DNA of 64,000 nt from Spirochaetia bacterium (GTDB lineage Bacteria; Spirochaetota; Spirochaetia; CADAEX01). A program made the translations under genes and the position numbers. The stretch lies in NCBI GenBank assembly GCA_963662795.1, contig OY759746.1, forward strand, positions 1,216,001 through 1,280,000, given 5' to 3'. This document shows positions 47,242-57,183 of the stretch, piece by piece (position 1 is the first letter of the stretch; each line of letters begins with the position of its first letter). The notes beneath the pieces are model-generated. The model saw nothing but the letters and a program-made list of their open reading frames with translations. It made no database searches and was not told the origin of the DNA.

Positions 47242-48960
47242 CTACCCGATTGAAATTTCTGCCTCGGGATATCTGTGAAGAATTTTACTTTTAGTTTCCG
47301 AACCGATTGAAGCTACAATTGTAAGAGGCCCGAGTCTTCCGATAAACATCAATAAGATTATCACAACTTTCCCTGCGGCAGTAAGTGATGATGTTATTCC
47401 GGTTGAAAGTCCCACAGTCGCGAATGCGGAAACTGTTTCAAAAAGAATATCAAGCGGTGGGGCTTTTTCTGTGACAAGAAGGAGAAAAAACCCTGTTATT
47501 ACAGCCGTCAGGCCGAGTGATAAAATTGAAAACGCCTTGAGAACCGTCTGAACTCCAATCTCTCTGCTGTATATTGTTATATTATTCTCTTTCCTGAAAA
47601 AGGATTTAAAATAGGAATAAAGGACTGCAATCGTATTTACTTTTATACCTCCGGCAGTACTTCCGGAAGCCCCGCCGGCAAACATGTAAAGAATCATTAT
47701 AAACACAGTTACGGGCATAAGCGAAGAAAAAGATATGGAATTAAAACCGGCAGTCCTTAATGTTACGGACTGGAAAAAGGCGGACAGATACTGAACACCA
47801 AGCGGTTCTTCCTTCAGGAGGTTTCCATGTTCAAAAAAATAAACCAGAAACATTCCGGAGAAAATGAGAAAAACAGTATATCCGAGAACAATCCTCGAGT
47901 TGGTACTTAACGAATCCTTTTTATATATACCTGTTATGAAGCTTTTTATTTTAGTAAACAGACTCGACCAGATATCTGTCATTACTGAAAAACTTATTCC
48001 TCCCAAAATTATCAGAAATGCTACAGTAAGCACTATAGCCGGATTTGAGGAAAACTGTTCAAGACTGTCTGAAAAAAGGGCAAAACCTGCGTTGCAGAAG
48101 GCTGAAACCGCGTGAAACACAGAATAAAAAATCCTCTCGCCGAATGACCTTCTACCGGTAAAGGAATAGAACAGTATTACCGCGCCTGCCGCTTCTATCA
48201 GCAGAGTAAGGCCAACAATATTCTTTACCATTGCTGATATTTTTGTCATATCATCCTCATTAATCATATAAGATATGAGTTTTTTATTTTCAAGCGAGAC
48301 AGATTTCCTGAACATGAAAACAGTAGAAAAAGAGAGGATCATTATTCCAAGTCCGCCTATCTGAATAAGAAGCATAATTATGATTTTGCCCCAGGTGGTG
48401 AAGTAAACAGCCGTATCAACCACAATCAGACCTGTTACGCATACTGCGGATGTTGCGGTAAAAAGGCTGTCAAGGATAGAAAGAGAACCGCTCCCGGCCG
48501 AGGCAAAAGGCATTGCCAGAAATATTGTCCCGGCAGCAATTACTGTCAGAAAACTTATCACAATAGTCTGCGCAGGATTTATTAATATATTCTGAAGAAA
48601 ACTGCTCAGTTTCCCGAATTTTGAAAATACCCTGAACAGAATAAGTGTATTTCTGAATATAATAATCGCTGCAATTCCGGAAAAAAAGGTCTGCCTGGTG
48701 TAATATAAAAGAAATTTATCAGATATAAACAGAATAATATAAAAAAACAGAAGCAGAGAGGCGATCAGATTATGGGAGAGATAAATTCTTTTGTATTTTG
48801 CCTTCATCAAAGAGAAAAAAAATTCGGAAAGAGCTGTAATTATGATAAGAAGATCTATTATTCTTCCTGTCAGCTGAGCCGAAGGAAAAGATGAGAACTG
48901 CTCAAGGTAGAAAGAGGCTGCTCCCAGAAAAAGCACGGCAAGTGTGACAATAGTTTTCAA
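47242..48960 (-). CDS. ktrB: KtrB/TrkH subunit (copy 3) with about 125-aa N-terminal 4-TM extension
   Basis: SAVCVTGL, SAFCNAGF, TLRTAGF, SAFATVGL, MFIGRLG; TTG start, GAGGG RBS, upstream TGCTATAAT. Confidence 0.92.
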   Translation of the reverse strand: MKTIVTLAVLFLGAASFYLEQFSSFPSAQLTGRIIDLLIIITALSEFFFSLMKAKYKRIYLSHNLIASLLLFFYIILFISDKFLLYYTRQTFFSGIAAIIIFRNTLILFRVFSKFGKLSSFLQNILINPAQTIVISFLTVIAAGTIFLAMPFASAGSGSLSILDSLFTATSAVCVTGLIVVDTAVYFTTWGKIIIMLLIQIGGLGIMILSFSTVFMFRKSVSLENKKLISYMINEDDMTKISAMVKNIVGLTLLIEAAGAVILFYSFTGRRSFGERIFYSVFHAVSAFCNAGFALFSDSLEQFSSNPAIVLTVAFLIILGGISFSVMTDIWSSLFTKIKSFITGIYKKDSLSTNSRIVLGYTVFLIFSGMFLVYFFEHGNLLKEEPLGVQYLSAFFQSVTLRTAGFNSISFSSLMPVTVFIMILYMFAGGASGSTAGGIKVNTIAVLYSYFKSFFRKENNITIYSREIGVQTVLKAFSILSLGLTAVITGFFLLLVTEKAPPLDILFETVSAFATVGLSTGITSSLTAAGKVVIILLMFIGRLGPLTIVASIGSETKSKILHRYPEAEISIG

Positions 48961-49038
48961 TCTTTAAACCCTCTGGAATACATTATAGCATTTATAAAGC
49001 AGCAAATTCCATATCGGAAATAACGCGGGAAAAACCAT

Positions 49039-50163
49039 TCATCCATACCGTGATTCAAGGTATTTTTTGAAAGCGTAAAGCGCATCCTTGAAATTCTTTC
49101 TCCCGAGTCCGAGCCTGAAGTACCTGTCGTCATAGTCAAAAAGTTTTCCGGGGAGCATAAGAAGGTCATGCCCTTTGACAAGGTCACGTGAAACATCAGA
49201 TGCACTTATATTCCCCCTGAAAGAGGGAAAGGCGACAGAGCTCCCCGACGGCTCGTTCCACTGGAGAATGTTTTCAAGATCTTCAAATACTCCTACCGCA
49301 TAATCAATATTGCTTCTTATTATATCCCTGCTCCTTCCGATGAAAAAATCCCTGTGCCGGAGCGCTATACGGGCAAGGTGCTCAGAAGGGGCGCTGCTGC
49401 ATATTGTTGTATAATCCTTAAGGTGTGCTACCTTGCTGTAAAGATCTTTTTTCTTTGTCGCAATCCAGCCTATTCTCAGCCCGGGAAGACCGAAGGATTT
49501 TGACATGCCGAAGAGTGATACACTGTCTTCGTAAACTGTACACATGGAAGAAAGCGGTTCCCTGTAGTCATGCTCAAGAAGCCAGTACATCTCATCGGAG
49601 AAAATAAATATATTGTTTTTCCGGGCAATATCAATTATTTCCCTGTATTCATCTGATGACGGCATAAATCCTGTCGGGTTATGGGGAAAGTTTACAAGTA
49701 TTGCCTTGACCGGCTTTTCCCTGATTGTTTTTTTAAGAAAATCTATATCAATCTCCCAGTTTCCGTCCCTGCTTAAGAGAGACCACATAACAACCTCGCA
49801 TCCGGCTGCCCTGGGAATTTCCACAAGGGACTGATAGATCGGAGAAAGCACAACAATCCTGTCCCCTTTTTCAAAAAGGGAATTGAGTGTCAGATAAATG
49901 CATTCTTCAGGAGCCGCGACAAAAATCTCATCCGGCGCATAACCGCTGTAAAGATTGGCAATTTCCTCTCTCAGTCTGATGCTTCCGCTCGACTCGGTAT
50001 AGCCGAACGTCATGTTCATGAATTCCTTTTTTTCCTCATAATCAAGAAGATCGAAAAGTGTATTCAGAGAAATTGATTCGCAGTCTGAATTGCTCAGCTG
50101 CCTGTTGATGGAAAACTCATATTCCGCGAAATATCTCTCAAGTCTGAATGGTTCATATTTCAA
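49039..50163 (-). CDS. PLP-dependent aminotransferase class I/II
   Basis: NFPHNPTG, FSDEMY, GMSKSFGLPGLRIGW. Confidence 0.9.
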   Translation of the reverse strand: MKYEPFRLERYFAEYEFSINRQLSNSDCESISLNTLFDLLDYEEKKEFMNMTFGYTESSGSIRLREEIANLYSGYAPDEIFVAAPEECIYLTLNSLFEKGDRIVVLSPIYQSLVEIPRAAGCEVVMWSLLSRDGNWEIDIDFLKKTIREKPVKAILVNFPHNPTGFMPSSDEYREIIDIARKNNIFIFSDEMYWLLEHDYREPLSSMCTVYEDSVSLFGMSKSFGLPGLRIGWIATKKKDLYSKVAHLKDYTTICSSAPSEHLARIALRHRDFFIGRSRDIIRSNIDYAVGVFEDLENILQWNEPSGSSVAFPSFRGNISASDVSRDLVKGHDLLMLPGKLFDYDDRYFRLGLGRKNFKDALYAFKKYLESRYG

Positions 50164-51422
50164 AGCACTATCCCTCCGTATTTTCCATCAAAACCGTATT
50201 CAACACTGTAATCCCCGCGCCTTATCCTGTTGATCCCGTCTGTTACTTCATTCGGGATGTTCCTGAATGAAAGCTCTCCTTTTTCAAGCCAGATCGAACT
50301 TTCCCTTCCAGCCTGCCTTATGATTTCAAGATAGATATCGGTCACTTTTTTAGTCCCGCTTCCGCATTTAAGACACTCTGCAATAACTTCAACTACCGGT
50401 ATCTGGTAGACAAAATCCTGCCTTCTTTCAGGCGCTCCCGTGTAAAGTGAATCGACCCTTTCCTTTACTCCCTTCGTAAGAGGTTTGCCGCAGACGGGAC
50501 AGATATCGGGAGGATTTTCCTTAAAAAATATTTCTTCTCCGTTATGTCCCGGCCTGTCGCCCCTGTGCCCCGTAAGGTAATATCTTCCCTCAAAGGGAGG
50601 AAATTCTGCGGTTTTGACAACCGTTCCACTACAGACTGCATCGGCAATCCCGTCGGAACTTACCTCAGAAACTGCAAGTTCTGTAAATTCCCTCCCAAGC
50701 CTGTTAAATGCGGCGGAGTGAGCATCGCTGGATGATATTACAGGAACATCAAGGTACCCGGCAATTTTTTTTATCATGTCAGGGTCTGCGCTGAGGCCTG
50801 ATTCTACCGCGTCGATAAGGGATGTTTCGTTTCCGAATATTTCTTCCATACTGTCTACAGGATTTTTTCCGCCGAGTATCCCGTCCGGTGTCATAATATG
50901 TGCGGGAATCAGAAGACAATTACAGTTTTTTTTGAGACGGATAAAAAAATCACACATTTGGCCGCTGCTTTCAAATTTGATAAAAGGCCGTCCTATACCG
51001 AGCTTGCTGCCTGCGGATTCAAACATTGCTCTGGCATCCTTTATAAAGAGGCGGCTGCGGAAAAGAATAACCATGTGGAACAGTTTTCTTTTAAGGGGGT
51101 TATGCGGGTACGGCATTGTCACTATCACTTCAGTCTGGGGCATAAGAAAGCAGTTTTCTCCGGAATTTTTTTTTCCGGGATCAAAAGAGCTGCTGCCGGC
51201 AGCAGGGCTGCTTTGGGAAGTATTCATTGCCCACATTCCCTTTTTTGCGTCAAACGGGAAAAAACCGTCGAGCTCATTCTCCCATTTCTCAAGGAGGATG
51301 TCCCCGCTGCCGTAGACATCTATCCCCTTAGTCTCCATCACATAACGCAATTTGTTGAAATCTGTTTTGCCGCTTGCGCCGGCATAAGGCGAATGGGAGT
51401 GAAGATCAACGACAATATTCAT
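50160..51422 (-). CDS. Endonuclease Q-like PHP protein (TIGR00375-like)
   Basis: DLHSHSPYA, IPAHIMTP, ESGLSADPDM, SSDAHS, GREF, GRYYLTGHR, CPVCGKPLTKGVKERV, GFDGKYG. Confidence 0.85.
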   Translation of the reverse strand: MNIVVDLHSHSPYAGASGKTDFNKLRYVMETKGIDVYGSGDILLEKWENELDGFFPFDAKKGMWAMNTSQSSPAAGSSSFDPGKKNSGENCFLMPQTEVIVTMPYPHNPLKRKLFHMVILFRSRLFIKDARAMFESAGSKLGIGRPFIKFESSGQMCDFFIRLKKNCNCLLIPAHIMTPDGILGGKNPVDSMEEIFGNETSLIDAVESGLSADPDMIKKIAGYLDVPVISSSDAHSAAFNRLGREFTELAVSEVSSDGIADAVCSGTVVKTAEFPPFEGRYYLTGHRGDRPGHNGEEIFFKENPPDICPVCGKPLTKGVKERVDSLYTGAPERRQDFVYQIPVVEVIAECLKCGSGTKKVTDIYLEIIRQAGRESSIWLEKGELSFRNIPNEVTDGINRIRRGDYSVEYGFDGKYGGIVL

Positions 51423-51534
51423 GCGGAAAACTCCTGTCAAGCTGGATAGTTATCACAATAGTCCGGTTACCTGGAATGTTCATACTACAACAAAACACTT
51501 TTTTCTCAAACAAAAAAATCTTTTTCCTTTCTCC

Positions 51535-52467
51535 CTATTTTAATAATGCAGCAAGTTCATCCCGCTTATCCATTAATTCCTGTTTTTTATCAGCTGCGGA
51601 TGAGCTGTACGATGTTAAAGCAAGGTCCTTATCTATCAGTTCGTTATACAATTCAAGGGCTTTTTCCCTTCCTGACTTTTTAAACAGTGAATTCAGGTTT
51701 TTCTCTATCTCAGCTTCCTTTTTCCTTATCAGCTCGCCCTCTTTATCCGTAAATCCCGGGATAAAAAAGACAACATCCTCTGCCGCGTTTTCTGTTATCT
51801 CAATCGGCCAGGTAACAACAGTATATGGGCCGAACATCCTGTTCTGGACTATTTCAATGTCCCTTTTACCGGTGAGCACGCGCTCCATCAGGTCGGATTC
51901 GGGGACGGTGACGCTCTCCCCGATACGTACACGAAAGGCGCCCTTGTCACCGATACTTATGAGCTTTACTTTTCCGAATGTCATTTTCATGCCGCTGAAG
52001 CTCTCGGCAAGAGAAAGGGCCAGAGTATCTGCTGAATCAAAAACATCAAGAACAGTTGAAGCGGTTTCCTTTTTCGTTATTGTCTCCTTTCCTTTCTCCA
52101 TGTTGTAAACAGAAAGCTCAAAGACAATTTCTCCCGAGTCTGTATAATAACTCTTTCCATGTATAAGATTCGGTATTCCGGATTTTTCACAGTATCCGGC
52201 CATGTTTTCAGGGATATCGGCATCATCGATTGTAACATCATATAAACCCGACATTCTGAGAACCAGGTCAAGTGTCGTAACAACAGTTTCCGAAGAGACT
52301 GTAAGGTACTGATCCGACTCAACAGCGCAGGAGATGGGAATTATTGCAACTTTTGTTTTTGCAGGTCCGTTTTTTTCTTTAACCTCAGGCTGGGTCTGGG
52401 CCTCAATCCGAGGATGAATCAAAAGGAATGATACTGCAGTCAGAAGTATGATAATTTTTTTATTCAT
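51535..52467 (-). CDS. Hypothetical exported protein
   Basis: Signal peptide from ATG 52467 (RBS AGGAGG); the longer track start would overlap the divergent EamA gene. Confidence 0.7.
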   Translation of the reverse strand: MNKKIIILLTAVSFLLIHPRIEAQTQPEVKEKNGPAKTKVAIIPISCAVESDQYLTVSSETVVTTLDLVLRMSGLYDVTIDDADIPENMAGYCEKSGIPNLIHGKSYYTDSGEIVFELSVYNMEKGKETITKKETASTVLDVFDSADTLALSLAESFSGMKMTFGKVKLISIGDKGAFRVRIGESVTVPESDLMERVLTGKRDIEIVQNRMFGPYTVVTWPIEITENAAEDVVFFIPGFTDKEGELIRKKEAEIEKNLNSLFKKSGREKALELYNELIDKDLALTSYSSSAADKKQELMDKRDELAALLK

Positions 52468-52539
52468 AAAGCCCCCTCCTGTAATGATATTACCAATAAC
52501 CGTATGGAGCAAGAAAGATTTAGCTGATATCCTTTTCCA

Positions 52540-53427
52540 ATGATGAGACAGAAACACCGGGCAGAACTTATGCTTGTAGTTGCAGCTCTTATATGGGGCG
52601 CGACATTTGTTATAATAAAGGAAGGAATAAAAAGCTGTTCCCCTGTTCTTTTTAACGGAATAAGATTTATGCTTGCCTTTTTTGTTATGCTTTTCTTTAA
52701 CAGAAAAAAATTTACAGAAGCCGGCAGAAAAATATGGTTTCATGGAACATTCCTTGGGTGCTTTAACTTTATCGCCTATGCAATGCAGACACTGGGTCTT
52801 AAATATACATCTGTCGCGAAATCAAGCCTTGTTACATATCTTTTCGCGATCCTTACACCCCCGCTTCAGTATGTAATAACAAGAAAAGTTCCTCACAGGG
52901 GAAACCTTACAGGACTTGCCGTAGTGTTCACAGGGATGATAATGATCACTTCTCCCAAAGCCGAGGGGATAAATATCGGCGATATTCTGACTCTCGCGAG
53001 CGCTGTTTCCTATGCTTTTTATATTGTTCTTATCGATATTTACCCGGCAAAGGAAGACGCCGGAGTGCTTGTAGCAATCCAGTTTTTCATAATGGGAACA
53101 CTTGGACTTATCATCTCGCCTTTTGTAGAAACAGTTTATATTTCGTTCAATTCAGGCCTTGTTTTTTCTCTTGCATATCTTTCCGTTCTGGGCAGCGCAG
53201 TCTGTATCTATATAATCAACCGTTTCCAGCACTACACTACCCCGACAAGGGCAGTTCTGATCTATGCGCTTGAACCGATGTTTTCCGTTATTCTCGGCAT
53301 AATCATTCTTGCGGAATCAAAAGCGCCCTTAAAGGTTGCAGGCGCGGCTGTAATCCTTTCAGGGATACTTATATCGGAACTCTGGGAACAGATAGAGTAC
53401 AGGATTAAACAGAAAAAACCGGTTTAA
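52540..53427 (+). CDS. EamA/DMT family transporter
   Basis: LIWGATFV, QTLGLKYTS, GDILTL, IYALEPMF; 10 TM segments. Confidence 0.92.
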   Translation: MMRQKHRAELMLVVAALIWGATFVIIKEGIKSCSPVLFNGIRFMLAFFVMLFFNRKKFTEAGRKIWFHGTFLGCFNFIAYAMQTLGLKYTSVAKSSLVTYLFAILTPPLQYVITRKVPHRGNLTGLAVVFTGMIMITSPKAEGINIGDILTLASAVSYAFYIVLIDIYPAKEDAGVLVAIQFFIMGTLGLIISPFVETVYISFNSGLVFSLAYLSVLGSAVCIYIINRFQHYTTPTRAVLIYALEPMFSVILGIIILAESKAPLKVAGAAVILSGILISELWEQIEYRIKQKKPV

Positions 53428-53482
53428 AATAATTATTCTATCCTGCTTGCCATATTGCCAATATCTGGTAAAATTGCAGTTA

Positions 53483-55570
53483 ATGAGAAGAAAAACAATA
53501 TTAAGGACGCGTACGTCAAAAACAATTTTTCTTATACTGACTTCATCAGCCGCATCAGCGATTGTATATCTTTTTATGCCCATTATAACAGGCTGGAAAA
53601 GCACACTGCAGGCAGCACCTGAAAATATCCAGGATATCCTATTAATCTTTTCTCTTGCTCTTCACCTTTTCTGGGCATTTTCACTTTTAGTCTTAAAAAG
53701 CCGAAGGGATAATTTTGCACTTAAAGCCCCGGCAGGTATGTTTGCAACCTCGCTTCTCATGTTTCTTTTTTCATACCTTTACGCCTGTAACGCGGGGCTT
53801 GAATATATTCAGCGGTTTGCCCAAACCTCTGACATACTGAGTTTTGCTCCTGATACCACAACAGGCAGACTATATGCGCTTTTCATGTATCTCCCCTTTA
53901 TTGTCTCCGACCTGACTGCAATTTTCATTTTAAAAAAGACCAAAGGTATCTCTCCTTCTTTTTCAAGGCTCGCTCTCACAATGCTTTCTGCAGTTCTTTA
54001 TTCCCTTTCCTTTCCTTCCTTTTTCCATCCGGAGGGATTCCCATTACTGGCTTTTATTGCACTTGTTCCGCTGATTCTTGTAATCAATCATTCAAAAACA
54101 GGGGAAGGAGTATTCTGGGCGGTTGTATTCGGAGTCTTTCAGACAACAATAATAAACTACTGGCTTTCAACATTCAGTCTTGTATCTCTGCAGGCTGTTA
54201 TTTTGATCAATCTGGCGCATTATCTGATTTTCATGGCAATCGCAGTTCCTGCATGCAAACATGCAGGCAGGTTTAAATGGATTATCTTTCCGGCAGCATG
54301 GGTTATGCTTGAATATTTCAGAAGCCTCGGGTTTGCAGCATATCCCTGGTGTCCGCTTGGAACCAGCCAGTATAAGACTGCCTCATTTATCCAGACAGCA
54401 TCAGTTACAGGGGTTTACGGGATATCATTCATCATAGTGTTTTTAAATTCATCCGCAGCATTTTTCATTTCTTCCTTAACTGAAAAAAAACACACAGTTA
54501 AAAGCAGACTGATCAAGGCTGTTCCCCTTCTTGCTGCAGTCCTGGCAGCAGCGTTATCAGTTGCATGGGGAAAGGGGGAAATTGCCCGCCTTGAAAGAGA
54601 GGTCCCGGTAAAAACGATTAATCTTGCCCTGATTCAGCAGAACAGCGATCCCAGAAAAACAGACTACAGGGAGAATCTGGATGTGCTTAAAAAGCTCACC
54701 AATGAAGCCCTTGCCAGTTCAAATGGAAATACAGACCTTGTCGTATGGTCCGAAACCGCCTACGTCCCCAACATAAGGCGGTGGGGCAGCATGGCGCCGG
54801 AGGAACATCCTCTTGCAAAACTTACAGATGAATTCCTTGAGTATCAGGGAAAGGGCGGTTTTTATCTTTTAACCGGTAACGACGATTATGAACTTAAAGG
54901 AGACGGCAATACAATTGAAAGGAAGGAATATAACGCATCTGTATTTTTTACGGACAGGGGAGAGAGATTCGAAACCTACAGGAAGATCCGCCTGGTCCCA
55001 TTCACCGAATATTTTCCATTCAGAAGGCAGCTGCCCGCTCTGTATGATATTCTTATAAAGATGGATGTCAACCTCTGGGAACCCGGGATTGAGCAGACAG
55101 TCTTCACCCATCCTGAATTCCGGTTTTCCACCCCTATATGTTTTGAAGATATCTTCCCGGACTATGTAAGGAATTTCGCCTTGAAAGGAGCGGAAGTAAT
55201 ACTTGACATATCAAACGATTACTGGTCCCTTACTGAAACGGAAGGGAAGCAGCACTTCATGACAGGGATGATGAGAGCGGTGGAAAACCGCAGGCCTCTC
55301 GTCAGATGTACAGCCTCGGGCCTTACGGGGGTTGTTGAGCGGACAGGTAAAATAAGGGACACACAGCCTTTCTATAAACCGCTTTATGTAAACACACAGA
55401 TAGAACTGCACGAACATGGTGCCGCATCAGTTTACCTAAAATACGGAGACTGGTTTGCAGGGGCCTGTATCGCAGCGGTTTTTTTTATGTTTATAAAATC
55501 CATGGCTTTTGGTTTTCTCTCCTCTGTGATAAAACATAAGAGAATAAGACTCTTGAATAATAACAAGTAA
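53483..55570 (+). CDS. lnt: Apolipoprotein N-acyltransferase with extra N-terminal TM region
   Basis: Triad WSET / YRKIRLVPFTE / PICFED, GFAAYPW, RAVENRR, YLKYGDWF. Confidence 0.92.
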   Translation: MRRKTILRTRTSKTIFLILTSSAASAIVYLFMPIITGWKSTLQAAPENIQDILLIFSLALHLFWAFSLLVLKSRRDNFALKAPAGMFATSLLMFLFSYLYACNAGLEYIQRFAQTSDILSFAPDTTTGRLYALFMYLPFIVSDLTAIFILKKTKGISPSFSRLALTMLSAVLYSLSFPSFFHPEGFPLLAFIALVPLILVINHSKTGEGVFWAVVFGVFQTTIINYWLSTFSLVSLQAVILINLAHYLIFMAIAVPACKHAGRFKWIIFPAAWVMLEYFRSLGFAAYPWCPLGTSQYKTASFIQTASVTGVYGISFIIVFLNSSAAFFISSLTEKKHTVKSRLIKAVPLLAAVLAAALSVAWGKGEIARLEREVPVKTINLALIQQNSDPRKTDYRENLDVLKKLTNEALASSNGNTDLVVWSETAYVPNIRRWGSMAPEEHPLAKLTDEFLEYQGKGGFYLLTGNDDYELKGDGNTIERKEYNASVFFTDRGERFETYRKIRLVPFTEYFPFRRQLPALYDILIKMDVNLWEPGIEQTVFTHPEFRFSTPICFEDIFPDYVRNFALKGAEVILDISNDYWSLTETEGKQHFMTGMMRAVENRRPLVRCTASGLTGVVERTGKIRDTQPFYKPLYVNTQIELHEHGAASVYLKYGDWFAGACIAAVFFMFIKSMAFGFLSSVIKHKRIRLLNNNK

Positions 55571-55652
55571 AAAATTAGCTTTATACCTGACCGGAAGATA
55601 TTCCGTCAGCAGTTTCAGCCGCAAAGAGCGATGCCAGGAGAACAACGACACC

Positions 55653-56171
55653 ATGAACGGCAAAATATATTTCAGCTACAGCATGATTCACAGAACAATT
55701 AAAAAACTATCAGAGCAAATCATGGAGAGCGGATTCAATCCTGAACTTATGGTCGCCATCGGAACCGGCGGCTTTATCCCTGCGCGGATAATGAAAACAT
55801 ATCTCGGTCTTCCGATACTCACTGTCGGCATCAGATACTACAATAAAGAGAACAAACTCCAGAGCGAACCTGAAAGGATTCAGTGGATTGATGAAGTGGA
55901 GGAGAAGCTGAAAGGTAAAAGAATCCTCCTCGTAGATGAGGTTGATGACACGAGATCGACTCTTGAGTATTGCCTGAGGGAGCTTATAAAACAGAAACCT
56001 GATGAGATAGCAGTCGCAGTTCTCCATAAAAAGGAAAAAACAAAGGCAGGAAAAATTCCATCCGCAGTTACAAAATATTTTTGCGGAGAAACACTCCCCG
56101 ATTCATGGTGCTGCTACCCATGGGATGCGCTTGATATTGTCGAGCATGAGAAGATCGCGAATCAGGGATAA
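55653..56171 (+). CDS. Purine (xanthine/hypoxanthine-type) phosphoribosyltransferase
   Basis: VAIGTGGFIPAR, ILLVDEVDDTRSTL PRPP loop, YPWD. Confidence 0.85.
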   Translation: MNGKIYFSYSMIHRTIKKLSEQIMESGFNPELMVAIGTGGFIPARIMKTYLGLPILTVGIRYYNKENKLQSEPERIQWIDEVEEKLKGKRILLVDEVDDTRSTLEYCLRELIKQKPDEIAVAVLHKKEKTKAGKIPSAVTKYFCGETLPDSWCCYPWDALDIVEHEKIANQG

Positions 56172-56256
56172 AACCGGCCTGTTTTTTCCGGAAAAACGAG
56201 CTGATGCAAATCGTAAACAGACAGCCTGATACAGGGCTGGAATTTAAAAACCACTG

Positions 56257-57183
56257 TTACCGCTCTCCCCGCTTGTGCGGCTCCCCAAGATGCGCCGGGG
56301 CATGCATCTTCCTGTGCCCCTCAAGACTTAATCCGTAAAAAATCAGAACAGCAAGCGTTGTGAGGTACGGAAGCATCGCCAGAAAGTTGGGCGAAATACC
56401 AAGCGGCTGGAGAAGATACTGGAGAACAAAAATACCGCCGAAAACATATGCGCCGGAAAAAGCCCGTTTCGGGTCCCACATTGAAAAAATTGTAAGAGCT
56501 ATAACAATCCAGCCCCTTCCTGCGGTAAGTCCTTCTATCCAGGATTTGCTGTAGGCAATTGAAAGATGGGAACCTGCAAGACCGGCAAACGCTCCCCCGG
56601 TCATTACGCAAAGATACTGAACCAGATGGACATTTATCCCCTGTGTTTCTGCAGCTTTGGGATTTTCCCCTGTTGACCGCACAGCGATACCCGCCTTTGT
56701 CCTGTAAAGAAAAAACCACGCCCCTGCACCGAGGATTATGGAAAGATAAAAATATGGGTCCTGCCTGAATAATATCTCGCCAATATACGGAATATCCCTC
56801 AAATACGGGATATTAACCGCGTCCATCTTTATGGCAAGCGGTTTTCCGATATAGGGCTTGCCCCAGAGACCGCTGATGCCGAGGCCCAGCATGGAAAGTG
56901 CAAGTCCTGATACAACCTGGTTTGCACGGAGGCTGATGCTTACAAATGCGTGGATCAGGGCAAATAACGCGCCGCAGATCATGGAGAAAACAAGCCCCAG
57001 CCAGGGATTTCCGGTAGTGTAGGTTACCGCGAATCCCGAGACCGCCCCAACTGCCATCATCCCCTCAACCCCGAGATTCATAACTCCGCCCCTTTCACAT
57101 ATTATTTCACCCAGCGTCCCAAGAAGCAGGGGGGTGCCCGCGATCAGGGTCCTTGTAAGTACTGATATTATTATCTGTTCCAT
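56257..57183 (-). CDS. Nucleoside/sugar ABC permease (NupC-like)
   Basis: ERGGVMNLGVEG, ANQVVSG, GENPKAA, GRGWIVIA, MLPY. Confidence 0.9.
   Translation of the reverse strand: MEQIIISVLTRTLIAGTPLLLGTLGEIICERGGVMNLGVEGMMAVGAVSGFAVTYTTGNPWLGLVFSMICGALFALIHAFVSISLRANQVVSGLALSMLGLGISGLWGKPYIGKPLAIKMDAVNIPYLRDIPYIGEILFRQDPYFYLSIILGAGAWFFLYRTKAGIAVRSTGENPKAAETQGINVHLVQYLCVMTGGAFAGLAGSHLSIAYSKSWIEGLTAGRGWIVIALTIFSMWDPKRAFSGAYVFGGIFVLQYLLQPLGISPNFLAMLPYLTTLAVLIFYGLSLEGHRKMHAPAHLGEPHKRGER

Noticed and set aside
56180-56240. TGTTTTTTCCGGAAAAAC resembling the first MITE hairpin
   Set aside because: No termini or direct repeats; lies between convergent genes, so more likely part of terminator hairpins
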